DNA of 64,000 nucleotides from Candidatus Zymogenaceae bacterium (GTDB taxonomy: Bacteria > Desulfobacterota > Zymogenia > Zymogenales > Zymogenaceae), in assembly GCA_016931225.1 (NCBI GenBank), contig JAFGFE010000026.1, positions 11,499 through 75,498 on the forward strand. Direction: 5' to 3'. The notes under the pieces were generated by a model that made no database searches, was not told where the DNA came from, and worked only from the letters and a program-made list of their open reading frames with translations. The position numbers and the translations under genes were made by a program. Below are positions 53,246 to 64,000 of the stretch, one piece after another. Numbering within the stretch: position 1 is the stretch's first letter; each line of letters begins with the position of its first letter.

Positions 53246-54151
53246 ATGGGTATTATCAGTGCTCACAACCTGATCAAGGATTACGCCCGGGTCAGAGCCC
53301 TGGCCGGCGTCACCCTTGATGTACAGGACGGCGAAATCTTCGGTTTTCTCGGCCCCAACGGCGCGGGAAAAACCACCTTCGTCAAGACCATGCTCGGCTT
53401 CATCGGGATCACCGGTGGCTCCGTGAATGTGTTCGACAAACCCGCCGGCGACCGTGAGGTTCGCCGTCGGGTCGGCTACCTGCCGGAAAACATGCGCCTG
53501 CACGGCTTCCTGAAGGGGAGGGAGTTTCTGGACTTCGCCGGCAGGCTCTACGGCATGCCGAAAGACAAAAGAAAGAAACGGACCATGGAATGCCTGGACG
53601 CCCTGAACATGCTTGACGCAGCCGATCGTCCCCTCAGGGAATACTCCAAGGGGATGCTCCAGCGCATCGGCATCGCCCAGGCCCTGATCCACGATCCGGA
53701 CCTGCTTCTCCTGGATGAGCCGACCTCCGGCCTCGATCCCATCGGTACGAAGGAAGTCCGGGACATTATCCTGGGCGAGAAGAAAAAAGGGAAGACCGTC
53801 TTTATAAATTCCCACCTGCTGTCCGAGATCGAGCGTACGTGCGACCGTGTGGCGATCCTGAACAAGGGAATGATCGTGAAAAAGGGTCACCTGGACGAGC
53901 TGTCATCCAAAACCCCGTCGGTGCGGGTGGAGGTGGCCAAGACCAGCAAGGCCACCGTGAAGGCCCTCGGAGAAGTGGCAAAGGATGTAAAGGTCGACGG
54001 TAATGTCTACGTTATCATCCCCAAAAATGATGAGGCCAAGGGGCGCATCCCGGAAATCCTGATACAGAGCGGCGATAAGATGATGTCCATGACCGAATCC
54101 CGGGAATCCCTCGAGGATATCTTTTACCGAATCATCAAGGAGGAGGGGTAA
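53246..54151 (+). CDS. ABC transporter ATP-binding protein (ABC-2/export type)
   Basis: Walker A GPNGAGKTT; signature YSKGMLQR; Walker B LLLLDEPTSGLD. Confidence 0.92.
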   Translation: MGIISAHNLIKDYARVRALAGVTLDVQDGEIFGFLGPNGAGKTTFVKTMLGFIGITGGSVNVFDKPAGDREVRRRVGYLPENMRLHGFLKGREFLDFAGRLYGMPKDKRKKRTMECLDALNMLDAADRPLREYSKGMLQRIGIAQALIHDPDLLLLDEPTSGLDPIGTKEVRDIILGEKKKGKTVFINSHLLSEIERTCDRVAILNKGMIVKKGHLDELSSKTPSVRVEVAKTSKATVKALGEVAKDVKVDGNVYVIIPKNDEAKGRIPEILIQSGDKMMSMTESRESLEDIFYRIIKEEG

Positions 54152-54152
54152 C

Positions 54153-54956
54153 GTGAGAGCCATCCTTGCCATATGCGGAAATACCATTAAGGAAGGGCTC
54201 AGAAACAAGCTCTTCTATATCCTTTTGATTATCGGCCTGCTGTTCATCCTGATGGGAAGAATGTGCATGCAGGGCGATGTATCTTTCAATAGCCAGTCCC
54301 TTTCTCCCCAACAGGTCGTCGCCCTGGCGACGACGATAAGCTTTCACATCATCATCTTCTGGGGACTGACCCTTGCGGGGCTTCTCTCCATGGGCGCCGT
54401 GCTGGGAGATATTGAAACCGGTGTGATCACCGTTTTCATCGCCAAGCCTATTTCCCGTTTCGAATACCTGCTGGGTAAATTCTTCGGCGTCATGGGAGTG
54501 GTGCTGCTGAACGTCATCGTCCTGGGATGCGGCTTTTTCCTCCTGGCGTACCTCAAGACAGACATCTGGCCGTTCAAGATTTTTCTCTCCCTGGCGGTGT
54601 TCATCCTGAACCTGATGCTCCTGGTTTCCGTCGTCATGTTGGTATCGCTCATCTCCTCCCGGATCGTTGCGATGCTGATGGGAATCGTCGGCTACCTGTT
54701 CAGTGTCGGTATAGACATCCCCGTCTATTTCGACGCCCTCCGGGCGCAGATGGTCGAGAAACCGGCGGTCCTGATTCTGTCAAAGATCATATACTTCGCG
54801 TTCCCTCAGTGGGGGTCCACGCAGTTTTACGCCGCCTCGTTTCTCAGCGATATGTTTGCCCAGAAGATGTCTTTCTGGCCCACGATTCATACCGCCGGGT
54901 ACATCGTGCTCGTGTGGTTGGGTATGATGCTGCTGTTTAACAAGAAGGAGCTGTAA
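54153..54956 (+). CDS. ABC-2 family transporter permease
   Basis: Six TM helices; GTG start after a GGAGGAGGGG RBS; translationally coupled to the ATPase gene. Confidence 0.85.
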   Translation: MRAILAICGNTIKEGLRNKLFYILLIIGLLFILMGRMCMQGDVSFNSQSLSPQQVVALATTISFHIIIFWGLTLAGLLSMGAVLGDIETGVITVFIAKPISRFEYLLGKFFGVMGVVLLNVIVLGCGFFLLAYLKTDIWPFKIFLSLAVFILNLMLLVSVVMLVSLISSRIVAMLMGIVGYLFSVGIDIPVYFDALRAQMVEKPAVLILSKIIYFAFPQWGSTQFYAASFLSDMFAQKMSFWPTIHTAGYIVLVWLGMMLLFNKKEL

Positions 54957-55276
54957 TTCGCCTTTTAAGGAGTTTCCCGCGACCGAAAGTTACAGCGTGT
55001 TCCCACATACCCGTCTCATGGGACCGCTGCAATCGTATATGTCAATGACTCTCTGATGTCCTTGGAGGTGCGTTACTCATCGGTTTTTGGTTTTCGTGTG
55101 AATCTCGACGGTATCTCCGGAATATTTTCCCGGTAATAGATAGAAAGATATTCTTGTATCTATCCACAGGATGAGTTCTGTGAGCACTCCTTCGACACTG
55201 AAGGAAGGGATTCACCAAACGATACCGACGAAAACGGTGATACTCTCATCCAGGCCGCCTCTCTCTCGGTGTTGTT

Positions 55277-56836
55277 ATGTCCGAACATACAGTATTATTT
55301 GTGGGTAATCTCTCCGAAACGCCCTTTCCCAAGCTTCTCAGCGAGATCAACAGCATGGGGATCACGGGTCGGCTTTCTTTCGAACGGGGCAAGATAAACA
55401 AGCAGGTTTTTTTCAAGAACGGCAGACCGTTTCTTGTCACATCCAATATCCTGCAGGAAGTACTCGGACGGTTCCTCGTCAGTACCGGAAAAATCACCGA
55501 GGAACAGTATAAACGTTCTCTTGTCACGGCCAAGGAGTTCGGCAAGCTGCACGGCCAGGTCATGATTCAGGAGAAGTTTCTGACTTCCGAGGAATTGAAC
55601 GAAGCGTTGCGGGAGCAGTCCAGGTTTCGGCTCTTTTCCCTTTTCAAGTGGAACGACTGCGATTACAAGTTCTTCAGAGAGGATTTTTTCCAGGAACGGG
55701 ACGAATATGCGGACCTCACGATCACCGATATTATTCTCAACGGCATCAGGCAGTCCCATTCCCTCGACCGCCTGATCTCTCTCTTGGAACCCTATCGAAA
55801 TCTCTACCTTTTCCCCGGCGCGGAAAACTCGCGCCTGGATGCAGACTCAACGTTCGATGAACATCAGCGCTGGCTTTTAAATCTGTGCGACGGCACCCAT
55901 ACCGTGGGCGACACCTTGGATCTTTCGCCGCTGGATTTCATTGAGACCCACAGAACCATTTACGCGGCCATCATTCTGAATATCATCACCATAAAGAAAG
56001 ACTCCGCCTCCGAGATACAAAAGAGAGAGGCGCCGACCCCCCCCCGGCCCGAGGGCGTTCCCCTCGAAAAGGAAGCGCCGCCACCGAAAAAGCCCGACGA
56101 GGAATTCAAAGAGCTTCATACAAAGCTGATGGCCATATATCACCAGATGCGCACGAAGAGCTACTTCGACATCCTCAGGGTACAACAAGACTCTCCGGAC
56201 GCGGAAATCAAGAAATCATACATCAAGATGGCAAAGAAGTTTCATCCCGATTCTTTTTCTCCCGAAGAAATCGTGGTTGTGGAAAAGACCGTCAACAAGA
56301 TTTTCGACATCGTCACCCAGGCCTATCGGGTGCTGAGCGATGAAAAAAAGCGAAAGGAATATATCGCCTCCCTCGTCTCTCCGAAAGAGGGAAAAGATGC
56401 GAAACAAACCCACGATATCATGACCGCGGAGCTCCAGTTCCAGAAGGGAATGGTTTTCCTGAAAAAACGGGATTACAGAAATGCGTTCGAGTCCTTCGCC
56501 TGGGCCGTAAAGCTCATGCCCGACGAGGGCGAGTACCTTGCATATCTGGGATGGTCGATTTTCCTGTTTTCCTCGGACAAAACGGGGCCGAACTCGGTAC
56601 AGGCCATCAAGCATCTCAAGAAAGCGGCGACCCTCAACCCATCCATTGAAACACCGTTTCTCTTTCTTGGAACGATATACAAGGTACAGGGGCTCAAGGA
56701 CGTCTCGATCCTTAATTTTAAAAAAGCCCTCGATATCAATCCGGATTCTCTGGAGGCGAGGCGGGAGCTCACCGCCCTGGGGGTCAAACAGAAGGGTGAT
56801 GAACAGAGAAGGGGTCTTTTCGGGAAGAAAAAATAG
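55277..56836 (+). CDS. Multidomain protein: N-terminal DUF4388-like domain + J-domain (HPD) + C-terminal TPR repeats
   Basis: J domain YFDILRVQQDSPDAEIKKSYIKMAKKFHPD; N-terminal LFVGNLSETPFPKLLSEI..GRL pattern; TPR-like C-terminus. Confidence 0.8.
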   Translation: MSEHTVLFVGNLSETPFPKLLSEINSMGITGRLSFERGKINKQVFFKNGRPFLVTSNILQEVLGRFLVSTGKITEEQYKRSLVTAKEFGKLHGQVMIQEKFLTSEELNEALREQSRFRLFSLFKWNDCDYKFFREDFFQERDEYADLTITDIILNGIRQSHSLDRLISLLEPYRNLYLFPGAENSRLDADSTFDEHQRWLLNLCDGTHTVGDTLDLSPLDFIETHRTIYAAIILNIITIKKDSASEIQKREAPTPPRPEGVPLEKEAPPPKKPDEEFKELHTKLMAIYHQMRTKSYFDILRVQQDSPDAEIKKSYIKMAKKFHPDSFSPEEIVVVEKTVNKIFDIVTQAYRVLSDEKKRKEYIASLVSPKEGKDAKQTHDIMTAELQFQKGMVFLKKRDYRNAFESFAWAVKLMPDEGEYLAYLGWSIFLFSSDKTGPNSVQAIKHLKKAATLNPSIETPFLFLGTIYKVQGLKDVSILNFKKALDINPDSLEARRELTALGVKQKGDEQRRGLFGKKK

Positions 56837-57048
56837 CTTACCTCTCGAACCGATGACCCACAAGGCCGAGAAGCGACACAGGGCTCTCACTCACAGTCAC
56901 CCGTCACGACGCCCCGTGAAGTCATGGACACACACAAACGGCCCCCGTCTTCGTCACAACCGAAGGCGGCCCATATCGAATCAAGCCTTCCGGGCGACAC
57001 GAGAGTCAGGACACTCCGCCTCCCCTCTCCATCTACACGTGAGGATGT

Positions 57049-57936
57049 ATGAAAGAAACCCGCTTCGGTCGGATTGTCTTCATACCGGGACAAAACGACG
57101 GGAAATATCCATTCTGCAATTCCCTCTATCTCGAGGGAGACCAAAAGGTCATAATCGATCCGGGATCGAATGACGCGCGCCTCTTCTCCCTCAAGGAAGA
57201 CCCGGGCGTCGATCTCGTCTGGCTTTCCCATTTTCATGAGGACCACTTCATGTTCCTCGGTCTCTTCTCCGACCGGGAACTGTGGATGCCCGGGCACGAC
57301 GCCCAGGCTATGTTGTCGATGGAGCATATCCTCGATCTCTACGGCATCGACGACGCCGAAGAGAGGAAACAGTGGGCCTCCTTCATGACCGAACATTTCA
57401 ATTATTCGCCCAGGGAGGTGAACAGGACCTTCGATGGGGAGGAAACCATCGATTTGGGAGGTCTTTCTGTCGTGACGATACCGGCGCCGGGACACACCGC
57501 AGGCAACACCGCGTTTTACGTTCCGGACGAGGGGCTTCTCTTCATCGGCGATTACGATCTTCTCCCCTTCGGCCCCTGGTACGGCGATCGCGATTCCGAT
57601 ATCGACCTGCTCATCGCGTCGGCCCGTAAGCTTCGGGAGATCCCCGCAAAGGTCTGGGTCACCTCCCACGCCGCGGGTTTTTTCACCGACGACCCAAGAG
57701 AGCTCTGGGATCGTTACCTTGCCGTGATCGACCGCCGGGAGCAGATGCTGATTGACTTCCTCTCCATACCCCGTACCATCCATCAGATCATCGACGCCCG
57801 TATCGTCTACAAAAAAAAGAAGGAGCCAGCACTCTTTTTCGATTTCGGCGAGCAGGCGCTGATGATGAAACACCTGCATCGATTGATGAAGAACGGGGTT
57901 GTGGTGATGGAGGAGGAGAGATACCGTCTTGCGTAG
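57049..57936 (+). CDS. MBL-fold metallo-hydrolase
   Basis: HFHEDHF (HxHxDH) motif. Confidence 0.85.
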   Translation: MKETRFGRIVFIPGQNDGKYPFCNSLYLEGDQKVIIDPGSNDARLFSLKEDPGVDLVWLSHFHEDHFMFLGLFSDRELWMPGHDAQAMLSMEHILDLYGIDDAEERKQWASFMTEHFNYSPREVNRTFDGEETIDLGGLSVVTIPAPGHTAGNTAFYVPDEGLLFIGDYDLLPFGPWYGDRDSDIDLLIASARKLREIPAKVWVTSHAAGFFTDDPRELWDRYLAVIDRREQMLIDFLSIPRTIHQIIDARIVYKKKKEPALFFDFGEQALMMKHLHRLMKNGVVVMEEERYRLA

Positions 57937-58064
57937 GAATCGGGCGCTTCTGTGCGGCTTTTAGGCCTTCATATGAAACAGCCGGGAAGAGAACCTCTCC
58001 CGGCCGTGCATCGTGTTTTTTGATTTCGCGGGGTGGGACCAGCGACGGTTTCCCCAATCATGGG

Positions 58065-58475
58065 TCAGCTGTCGAACCGTCGCATGGGTATTTTCATGAA
58101 CGTCACTCCCTCTTCCTGAAGCTCCTGTTCTTCCTGTGGCGTGGTGGTTCCCCGGATGCTCCGCTCTTCTGTTTCTCCGTAGTGTATCTTCAGGGCTTCC
58201 TCTGCGAATTGCGGTCCCACGTCTTGGAAGTTTTTCTCCAGAAATTCCGTCATCTGTTGGAAAAAACTCTCCGGATTTATATTCCCATACGTCGTTTCAG
58301 TCTTCTGGGCGCGACCCCCGATGCCGAACGTGGATGGAGCCACGTCCACCCGCACCGTACCGCAGATCGGACAATCTATGAGGTTGCTTCTTTTCTGTTC
58401 CTCAAACGCCTGCCGATCCTCGAACCAACCCTCGAAAATGTGACCGTTTTCGCACCGAATATCATAGACTATCAT
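58065..58475 (-). CDS. DUF1178-like zinc-ribbon protein
   Basis: MIVYDIRCENGHIFEGWF...CPICGT. The start was chosen at the internal ATG; the ORF extends to 58652 with an implausible Cys/Arg-rich leader. Confidence 0.55.
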   Translation of the reverse strand: MIVYDIRCENGHIFEGWFEDRQAFEEQKRSNLIDCPICGTVRVDVAPSTFGIGGRAQKTETTYGNINPESFFQQMTEFLEKNFQDVGPQFAEEALKIHYGETEERSIRGTTTPQEEQELQEEGVTFMKIPMRRFDS

Positions 58476-58546
58476 GGGTATTTTGCGGCAAATTACATAC
58501 AGTGACGTACCATTCACTGTCAGTATAACATAACGATCGTGTGATG

Positions 58547-59503
58547 TCAGTCTTTTTGCTGGGCGACCTCCAGCTTCACATCGGCATCGTTTGCCACAAC
58601 GGTCTTTCCCTTGCCCGTCTCCTTCGCACGGTACAGCGCATGATCCGCCCATTCGAACATGGCGATGGCCCGACGCATTTCTTCCGGCGTGTTCTCTCCC
58701 AGTGTCGCCACGCCCGCGCTGACGGACAGGGAAAACGATTTTTTCTCTTCCGTGAATACTTCCGACTCTATGGCACCGCGGATTTTTTCGACCATCCCGA
58801 ACGCCTCTTCTTCGTCGGTGTCCACCAGCACGACCACGAATTCTTCACCGCCGTATCGCGCCACCAGGTCATACTGGCGGACGTTCCTTCTGAGAATATC
58901 CGCCACCTTTACAAGCACTCGATCCCCTGCGAGATGACCAAAGGCATCGTTGATGTTTTTGAAATCATCCACATCGAGAATTACGATCGACAGCGGTTTT
59001 CTGATCCGGTTGAACTTAGTGACTTCCCGGCTGAAGTATTCCCAGAAGAATCCCGCGTTTTTCAGACCCGTCAGATCATCCGTCGTTGTAATCTCGCTCA
59101 GCTTCGCTTTTAAAATAGATATCTGATCCTTGAACTCCTTGATTTTGATCGCCGAACCGACCCGGGCAAGAAACTCCACCTCGTCAAACGGCTTCTTGAC
59201 ATAGTCAACGGCGCCCGCCTCCATCCCCATTTTGACGTCGGACAACGTGGTCCGAGAGGTGAGAATGATAACAGGAATGTCCTGAGTCTCCGCTCCCGAC
59301 GTCAGCATGCGGCAGGCTTCCATGCCGTCGATGTGTGGCAGTACCACATCCAGTATTATCAGATCCGGCTTCTCTTCATTCGCCTTGCGGAGCCCCTCAA
59401 GCCCGTCGGCGGCCTCTATCACCTCATATCCTCTCTTGGAGAGAATCCTATTGACGAGTCCCCGTGTGAGCTCATGGTCCTCAATAATAAGGATTTTCTT
59501 CAA
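58547..59503 (-). CDS. Response regulator receiver + GGDEF diguanylate cyclase (PleD-like)
   Basis: Receiver Asp in LIILDVVLP; GGEEF active site RYGGEEF. Confidence 0.92.
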   Translation of the reverse strand: MKKILIIEDHELTRGLVNRILSKRGYEVIEAADGLEGLRKANEEKPDLIILDVVLPHIDGMEACRMLTSGAETQDIPVIILTSRTTLSDVKMGMEAGAVDYVKKPFDEVEFLARVGSAIKIKEFKDQISILKAKLSEITTTDDLTGLKNAGFFWEYFSREVTKFNRIRKPLSIVILDVDDFKNINDAFGHLAGDRVLVKVADILRRNVRQYDLVARYGGEEFVVVLVDTDEEEAFGMVEKIRGAIESEVFTEEKKSFSLSVSAGVATLGENTPEEMRRAIAMFEWADHALYRAKETGKGKTVVANDADVKLEVAQQKD

Positions 59504-59733
59504 CGATCTTCCGAAATGTATTGAAAAATTTTTATATTTAATTTAATCTTATAATACGTATCGCCGGTGGTCAACATTTTTTGACGTTTTTTGGTTTAAA
59601 CATTCTGTATCTTCCCATGTGTTGGGTTACGCATTCCCCGAGTACCCGTGTAACGACATCGAACATCTGCTCACTCCGGTCCCTCGAACGAGAAAACACC
59701 GTTCTTTTTCGCCTCTCTTTTCTATAAATTCTC

Positions 59734-59763
59734 TTGACAATGATTGTGGTTAAAAGGTAAAAT
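59734..59763 (+). promoter_or_regulatory. sigma70-type promoter (TTGACA-N18-TAAAAT) for rplU-rpmA
   Basis: Seen in sequence, about 100 nt upstream of rplU. Confidence 0.5.
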
Positions 59764-59868
59764 GCCAATTTACGCGTTGTGCCGTATGTGGTAAAAAGAC
59801 ATATACCTCCCCGGCGTCTTCCGCGTATGAGAGAGTAAAAACAGGCATGGGGGTAAAGGATTTTTCTG

Positions 59869-60183
59869 ATGTACGCGATAATACAAACCGGAGGCAAACA
59901 GTATCGAGTGTCTCCGGGTGACAGTGTAAAAGTTGAGAAGCTCGACGGCAACGTGGGCGATACGGTGACGTTCGATAACGTGCTTATGATCGGCGGAGAC
60001 AAGGACCCGATCGTCGGGACGCCCGTCGTCAAGGGCGCCTCGGTAACCGGCACCATTACCGAACAGGACAAGGCAAAGAAAGTCACCATCCTCAAGTTCA
60101 AACGCCGCAAGGGCTATCGGAAAAAGATGGGACATCGTCAGCCGTTCACCCGTCTTCGCATCGAAAAGATCACCAATTCATAA
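59869..60183 (+). CDS. rplU: 50S ribosomal protein L21
   Basis: [15 protein letters not shown]-terminus. Confidence 0.97.
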   Translation: MYAIIQTGGKQYRVSPGDSVKVEKLDGNVGDTVTFDNVLMIGGDKDPIVGTPVVKGASVTGTITEQDKAKKVTILKFKRRKGYRKKMGHRQPFTRLRIEKITNS

Positions 60184-60197
60184 ACGGAGCGACCATC

Positions 60198-60455
60198 ATG
60201 GCACATAAAAAGGGACAGGGCAGTTCGAAAAACGGTCGCGACAGCGCCGGTCGCCGTCTGGGTGTGAAACGCTACGGCGGCGAAAACGTGACGGCCGGAA
60301 ACATCATCATCCGCCAGCGCGGCACGAAAATTCACCCCGGCAAGGGCGTGGGCCTGGGCAGAGACCACACCATCTTCGCCCTGATCGACGGAGTGGTGAA
60401 ATTCGAGACAAAAGCAGGCGATCGGAAATACGTCAGCGTGATCTCCTCCTCGTAA
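60198..60455 (+). CDS. rpmA: 50S ribosomal protein L27
   Basis: [17 protein letters not shown]-terminus. Confidence 0.97.
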   Translation: MAHKKGQGSSKNGRDSAGRRLGVKRYGGENVTAGNIIIRQRGTKIHPGKGVGLGRDHTIFALIDGVVKFETKAGDRKYVSVISSS

Positions 60456-60698
60456 CGGTTTTTAGCGAGGACGCACTCGCCGTCGTTTTTGCGTCGCATC
60501 GACGACCTGTTGCGGGTATGAATTCGACCTCTGACTGTGCCCCTCTTTATCCAAAAATGAAGAGGGTTTTCTTTTATCGACACGGATGGACAGGCCCCGA
60601 CGCTTTTATCGGTTATATCCCGTGGTCGGTCGGTCTTTCAGAGATGCGAGACCGGTCTTTTATTCGCTCCCTGTTACCTCACATGGAGAAAACGGACG

Positions 60699-61718
60699 AT
60701 GCATTTTGTCGACGAGGCCGTGATTGAAGTCAAGTCCGGCGGCGGCGGCAGGGGGTGTGTCAGCTTTCGCCGGGAAAAATACGTCCCCAGGGGCGGTCCC
60801 GACGGCGGCGACGGGGGCGACGGCGGCGACGTATACGTCATCGGTAATCCGCATATGTCCACACTGCTGGACTTCAAGTACCGCCAGCACTGGTCCGCCA
60901 AGCGCGGCGTCCACGGGAGCGGGAAAAACAAACATGGGAGAAACGGTGAGGACCTCGTCATCCCCGTGCCGCTGGGCACGGAGATCATCGACGAGGAAGG
61001 CGGCGATCTCATCGTCGACGTCACCTGTGCGGGCGAGAAAATCCTCATCCTGACCGGGGGGCGGGGAGGCCGGGGAAACGCCCGGTTCGTCACCTCCACC
61101 CACCAGGTGCCGAGGGAATACGACGAGGGAGATCCGCCGAAGACGGCCCGCATCAGGCTCGTTCTCAAGGTAATCGCGGATGTGGGCATCATCGGTTTTC
61201 CCAACGCCGGGAAATCGACCCTCATCAGCGTCATCTCACACGCGAAACCGAAGATCGCCGATTATCCCTTTACCACCCTCACCCCCAACCTGGGCATCGT
61301 CCGCCTCGACGAGGAGCGTAGTTTCGTCGCCGCTGATATCCCCGGCATCATAGAGGGGGCATCGGAAGGGACGGGGCTCGGGACCAGATTCCTCCGCCAT
61401 GTCGAGCGAACGAAGGTGCTGATACACATGATCGATATGAACCCGGACACCGGGAGGAATCCCGTGGACGATTATCATACCCTCAACCGGGAGCTTCTTT
61501 CCTTCAGCCCGCTGCTTGCCGAAAAGCCCCAGGTGATCGCGGCCGGTAAAATGGACCTGACCGGGGCGGAGGAAAGATATGCCGAGCTTCAGGCGGAGTT
61601 AGCTGTTGACATTTTTCCCGTTTCTGCTATGAATGGAACTGGCATCAGGGAGCTTCTGAATCACGTGTTTCTCCGCCTTGAGAGGCTCCGGGCGGACGAA
61701 ACGGACGATGTGTTGTGA
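60699..61718 (+). CDS. obg: GTPase Obg/CgtA
   Basis: Gly-rich Obg fold GGPDGGDGGDGGDV; G-domain GFPNAGKST. Confidence 0.95.
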   Translation: MHFVDEAVIEVKSGGGGRGCVSFRREKYVPRGGPDGGDGGDGGDVYVIGNPHMSTLLDFKYRQHWSAKRGVHGSGKNKHGRNGEDLVIPVPLGTEIIDEEGGDLIVDVTCAGEKILILTGGRGGRGNARFVTSTHQVPREYDEGDPPKTARIRLVLKVIADVGIIGFPNAGKSTLISVISHAKPKIADYPFTTLTPNLGIVRLDEERSFVAADIPGIIEGASEGTGLGTRFLRHVERTKVLIHMIDMNPDTGRNPVDDYHTLNRELLSFSPLLAEKPQVIAAGKMDLTGAEERYAELQAELAVDIFPVSAMNGTGIRELLNHVFLRLERLRADETDDVL

Positions 61719-62866
61719 CAATGACCGAAGAGACCAACATCAGGGAATCGCACACCGCCGACGTCGGTCGGGTTGTGGTGAAGATCGGCAGCGGCGTGCT
61801 GACCGCCCGTCACGGCCTGAACATCGACGCCCTCGAGGGGATCGTATCCGATATTGCATCACTCTGTAAACGGGGGATCGAGTGTATCGTCGTCTCCTCC
61901 GGCGCCATAGCCGCGGGGCTTCCCCGGATGGGTATAACCGTTCGTCCGAGGGCCATTTCCATGCTCCAGGCGGCGGCGTCTGTGGGACAGACGTCCCTGA
62001 TGCGGGCGTACGAGCGGGCGTTCGACCGTCACGACATCGTCGTCGGTCAGATCCTCCTGACTCACGAGGACTTGAAAAACAGGCATCGGTTCATAAACGC
62101 CAGAAATACCATTCTGGCCCTCATCGATCAGGGTATTATACCGATCATCAACGAAAACGACACCGTGGCGGTGTCGGAAATCAGGCTGGGGGACAACGAT
62201 TACCTCGCCTCCCAGACCATCAACCTTGCGGGCGCCGACCTGTTGATTCTCCTGACCGACACCGACGGCTTTTTCGATAAGGACCCGCATCTTTATTCCG
62301 ATGCCTCCCTTATCAGCGTTGTTCACAGCATCATAGACGAAATAAAACACCTTGCGTCGGACACGTCCACGGCGGTCGGTCGCGGGGGGATGAAGTCCAA
62401 GGTGGAAGCGGCGGACATGGCCACGGCGATCGGGATCCCCGCGATCATCGCAAACGGCCTGACCAATGGGATTCTTCTCGATATCCTCGAGGGAAAAAAC
62501 GTGGGAACCCTCTTCATTCCCCGGTCCGAGGGTCTGAACAGCCGGAAACACTGGATCGCCTATACCCTCAGGGCGAAGGGGTCGCTGACGGTGGATCAGG
62601 GGGCGGCGGACGCCATCGCCGACGGCGGGAAGAGCCTGTTGCCCAAGGGAATCGTCTCCCTCTCGGGCAGCTTCAGCCCGGGGGATCTGTTGTCCATCAT
62701 GGACCCCCAGGGTCGTGAATTCGCCCGGGGCCTGGTCAACTACAACTCCAAGGAGATTTCCCGCATCAAGGGGCTGAATTCCGGGGAGATCGAGGCGACG
62801 CTCGGATACAAATACTCCGACGAGATCATTCATCGGGACAACCTGGTGCTGATGAACGGCCGATGA
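61715..62866 (+). CDS. proB: Glutamate 5-kinase (with PUA domain)
   Basis: VVKIGSGVL kinase N-terminus and a C-terminal PUA domain. GTG 61715 overlaps the obg stop; ATG 61721 is an alternative start. Confidence 0.92.
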   Translation: MTMTEETNIRESHTADVGRVVVKIGSGVLTARHGLNIDALEGIVSDIASLCKRGIECIVVSSGAIAAGLPRMGITVRPRAISMLQAAASVGQTSLMRAYERAFDRHDIVVGQILLTHEDLKNRHRFINARNTILALIDQGIIPIINENDTVAVSEIRLGDNDYLASQTINLAGADLLILLTDTDGFFDKDPHLYSDASLISVVHSIIDEIKHLASDTSTAVGRGGMKSKVEAADMATAIGIPAIIANGLTNGILLDILEGKNVGTLFIPRSEGLNSRKHWIAYTLRAKGSLTVDQGAADAIADGGKSLLPKGIVSLSGSFSPGDLLSIMDPQGREFARGLVNYNSKEISRIKGLNSGEIEATLGYKYSDEIIHRDNLVLMNGR

Positions 62867-62960
62867 CGCGTGTGGCTGGCGTCCCTTTTCATGAAAGGAG
62901 ACCTGCGGCGTACCACGGATTGAATAGAGACATACACTTTTCTTCTCAGAAAACAGTAAG

Positions 62961-64000
62961 GAATCGATTCATGGCTGACAGCTCGGTAAAAGGGGCGGTA
63001 CGGGATGTGGCGAAACGGGCCAGGAAGGCGGGCACGACACTCGCCAAGACGAACACCCGGACAAAAAACGACGCGCTCTTGATCATGGCCGACGAACTGG
63101 AGGGACACAAGGCACACCTCAAGGGGGAAAACGAAAAGGACCTGGCGGCGGCGAGGGAAAAGGGAATCTCCGGCGCCATGCTCGATCGCCTGACCCTCTC
63201 GGATAATGTCATCGCATCCATGTCCGAAAGCCTCCGGGAGGTGGCGGCCCTTCCCGATCCGGTGGGAGAGGTCACCAAGATGTGGCGGCGTCCCAACGGC
63301 CTGTTGGTGGGGAGGCAGCGCATCCCCCTGGGTGTTATCGGCATCATCTATGAATCTCGGCCCAACGTCACCGCCGACGCCGCGGGGCTCTGCATCAAGA
63401 GCGGGAACGCCGTCGTGCTCAGGGGCGGGTCCGAGGCCATTCATTCCAACGTCGCCATCGCCGACGTCCTCAGGCAATCCTGCAAGAAAGCGGGCATTCC
63501 CGAAGACTCCGTCGGCATGATTTCGACGACGGACCGAAGCGCCGTCGACGAGATGCTCTCCCTGGAGGAATACATCGACGTGATCATTCCCCGAGGCGGC
63601 GAGGCGCTCATAAAAAAAGTGGTCGAGACTTCCATGATTCCGGTCATCAAGCATTACAAGGGGGTCTGCCACGTGTTTGTCGATGTGTCCGCGGACCTGG
63701 ATATGGCCGTCTCCATCGCGGTGAACGCCAAGGCCCAGCGCCCCGGCGTCTGCAACGCCATGGAGACCCTGCTCGTGCATGAAGGCATCGCCGATTCCTT
63801 TCTGCCCCGGGCGGCGTCGGAGCTTGCACAGAAGGGGGTCGAGCTTCGGGGGTGCCCCGAAACACGGAAGATCCTACCGGACAGCACGCCCGCCACCGAG
63901 GACGACTGGTATGAGGAATACCTGGACCTGATCCTCGCGGTCCGGGTTGTAAAAGACATGGACGAGGCGATCGAGCACATCGAGAAATACGGGTCGCTTC
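62961..64000 (+). CDS. proA: Gamma-glutamyl phosphate reductase (partial; the gene runs off the window end)
   Basis: Manual translation from ATG ~62961: aldehyde dehydrogenase-type [14 protein letters not shown] and catalytic Cys in GVCNAMET. No stop before 64000. Confidence 0.9.

Noticed and set aside
55180-55200. DnaA-box-like 9-mer (cTATCCACA) as a hint of oriC
   Set aside because: Single near-match in an ordinary intergenic region; no cluster of boxes or AT-rich DUE, so no evidence for an origin in this window
58476-58652. N-terminal extension of the DUF1178 ORF (Cys/Arg/Gly-rich 59 aa)
   Set aside because: Composition looks non-coding and the conserved DUF1178 N-terminus begins at the internal Met; the extension would also run into the GGDEF gene terminator region

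Overview
This is a high-GC bacterial chromosomal segment whose core genes are densely packed and recognisable. The gene content suggests an anaerobic deltaproteobacterial/Desulfobacterota-type organism. All coordinates I derived by counting in the printed sequence are good to about ±1 nt.

Core genes:
- a membrane-bound group-1 [NiFe] hydrogenase operon (small, large and cytochrome b subunits; minus strand, 168-3754)
- a divergent periplasmic selenocysteine-containing formate dehydrogenase operon (alpha with in-frame TGA, beta, cytochrome b gamma) plus fdhE and fdhD
- lexA and dinB (SOS genes)
- an AlgI/AlgJ-like O-acetyltransferase pair
- purL (PurSL form) and purQ
- the conserved rpmH-rnpA-yidC-jag-mnmE-parA-parB block, with two canonical parS sites and a bactofilin gene directly downstream
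- an F-type ATP synthase operon atpF'FHAGDC (two b subunits, no a/c genes here)
- TetR, amino-acid dehydrogenase, comM, GT2, an AbfD-like dehydratase, an ABC-2 exporter, a DnaJ/TPR protein, a GGDEF response regulator, and rplU-rpmA-obg-proB-proA

Two short, markedly AT-rich single-gene islands interrupt this background:
- 12475-14313 encodes an OLD-family ABC-ATPase + Toprim nuclease with its own consensus promoter. This is a candidate anti-phage defence gene.
- 21230-22453 encodes a 407-aa orphan protein wedged immediately upstream of dinB, preceded by perfect palindromes.

Other notable signals:
- a terminator/anti-terminator-like leader in the fdh 5'UTR
- a CCAAC-N4-GTTGG palindrome abutting a perfect consensus promoter upstream of lexA (possible SOS operator)
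- two parS sites
- a short tandem repeat in the atpD-atpC spacer

Many long ORFs in the six-frame track are antisense artefacts of high GC and are rejected.
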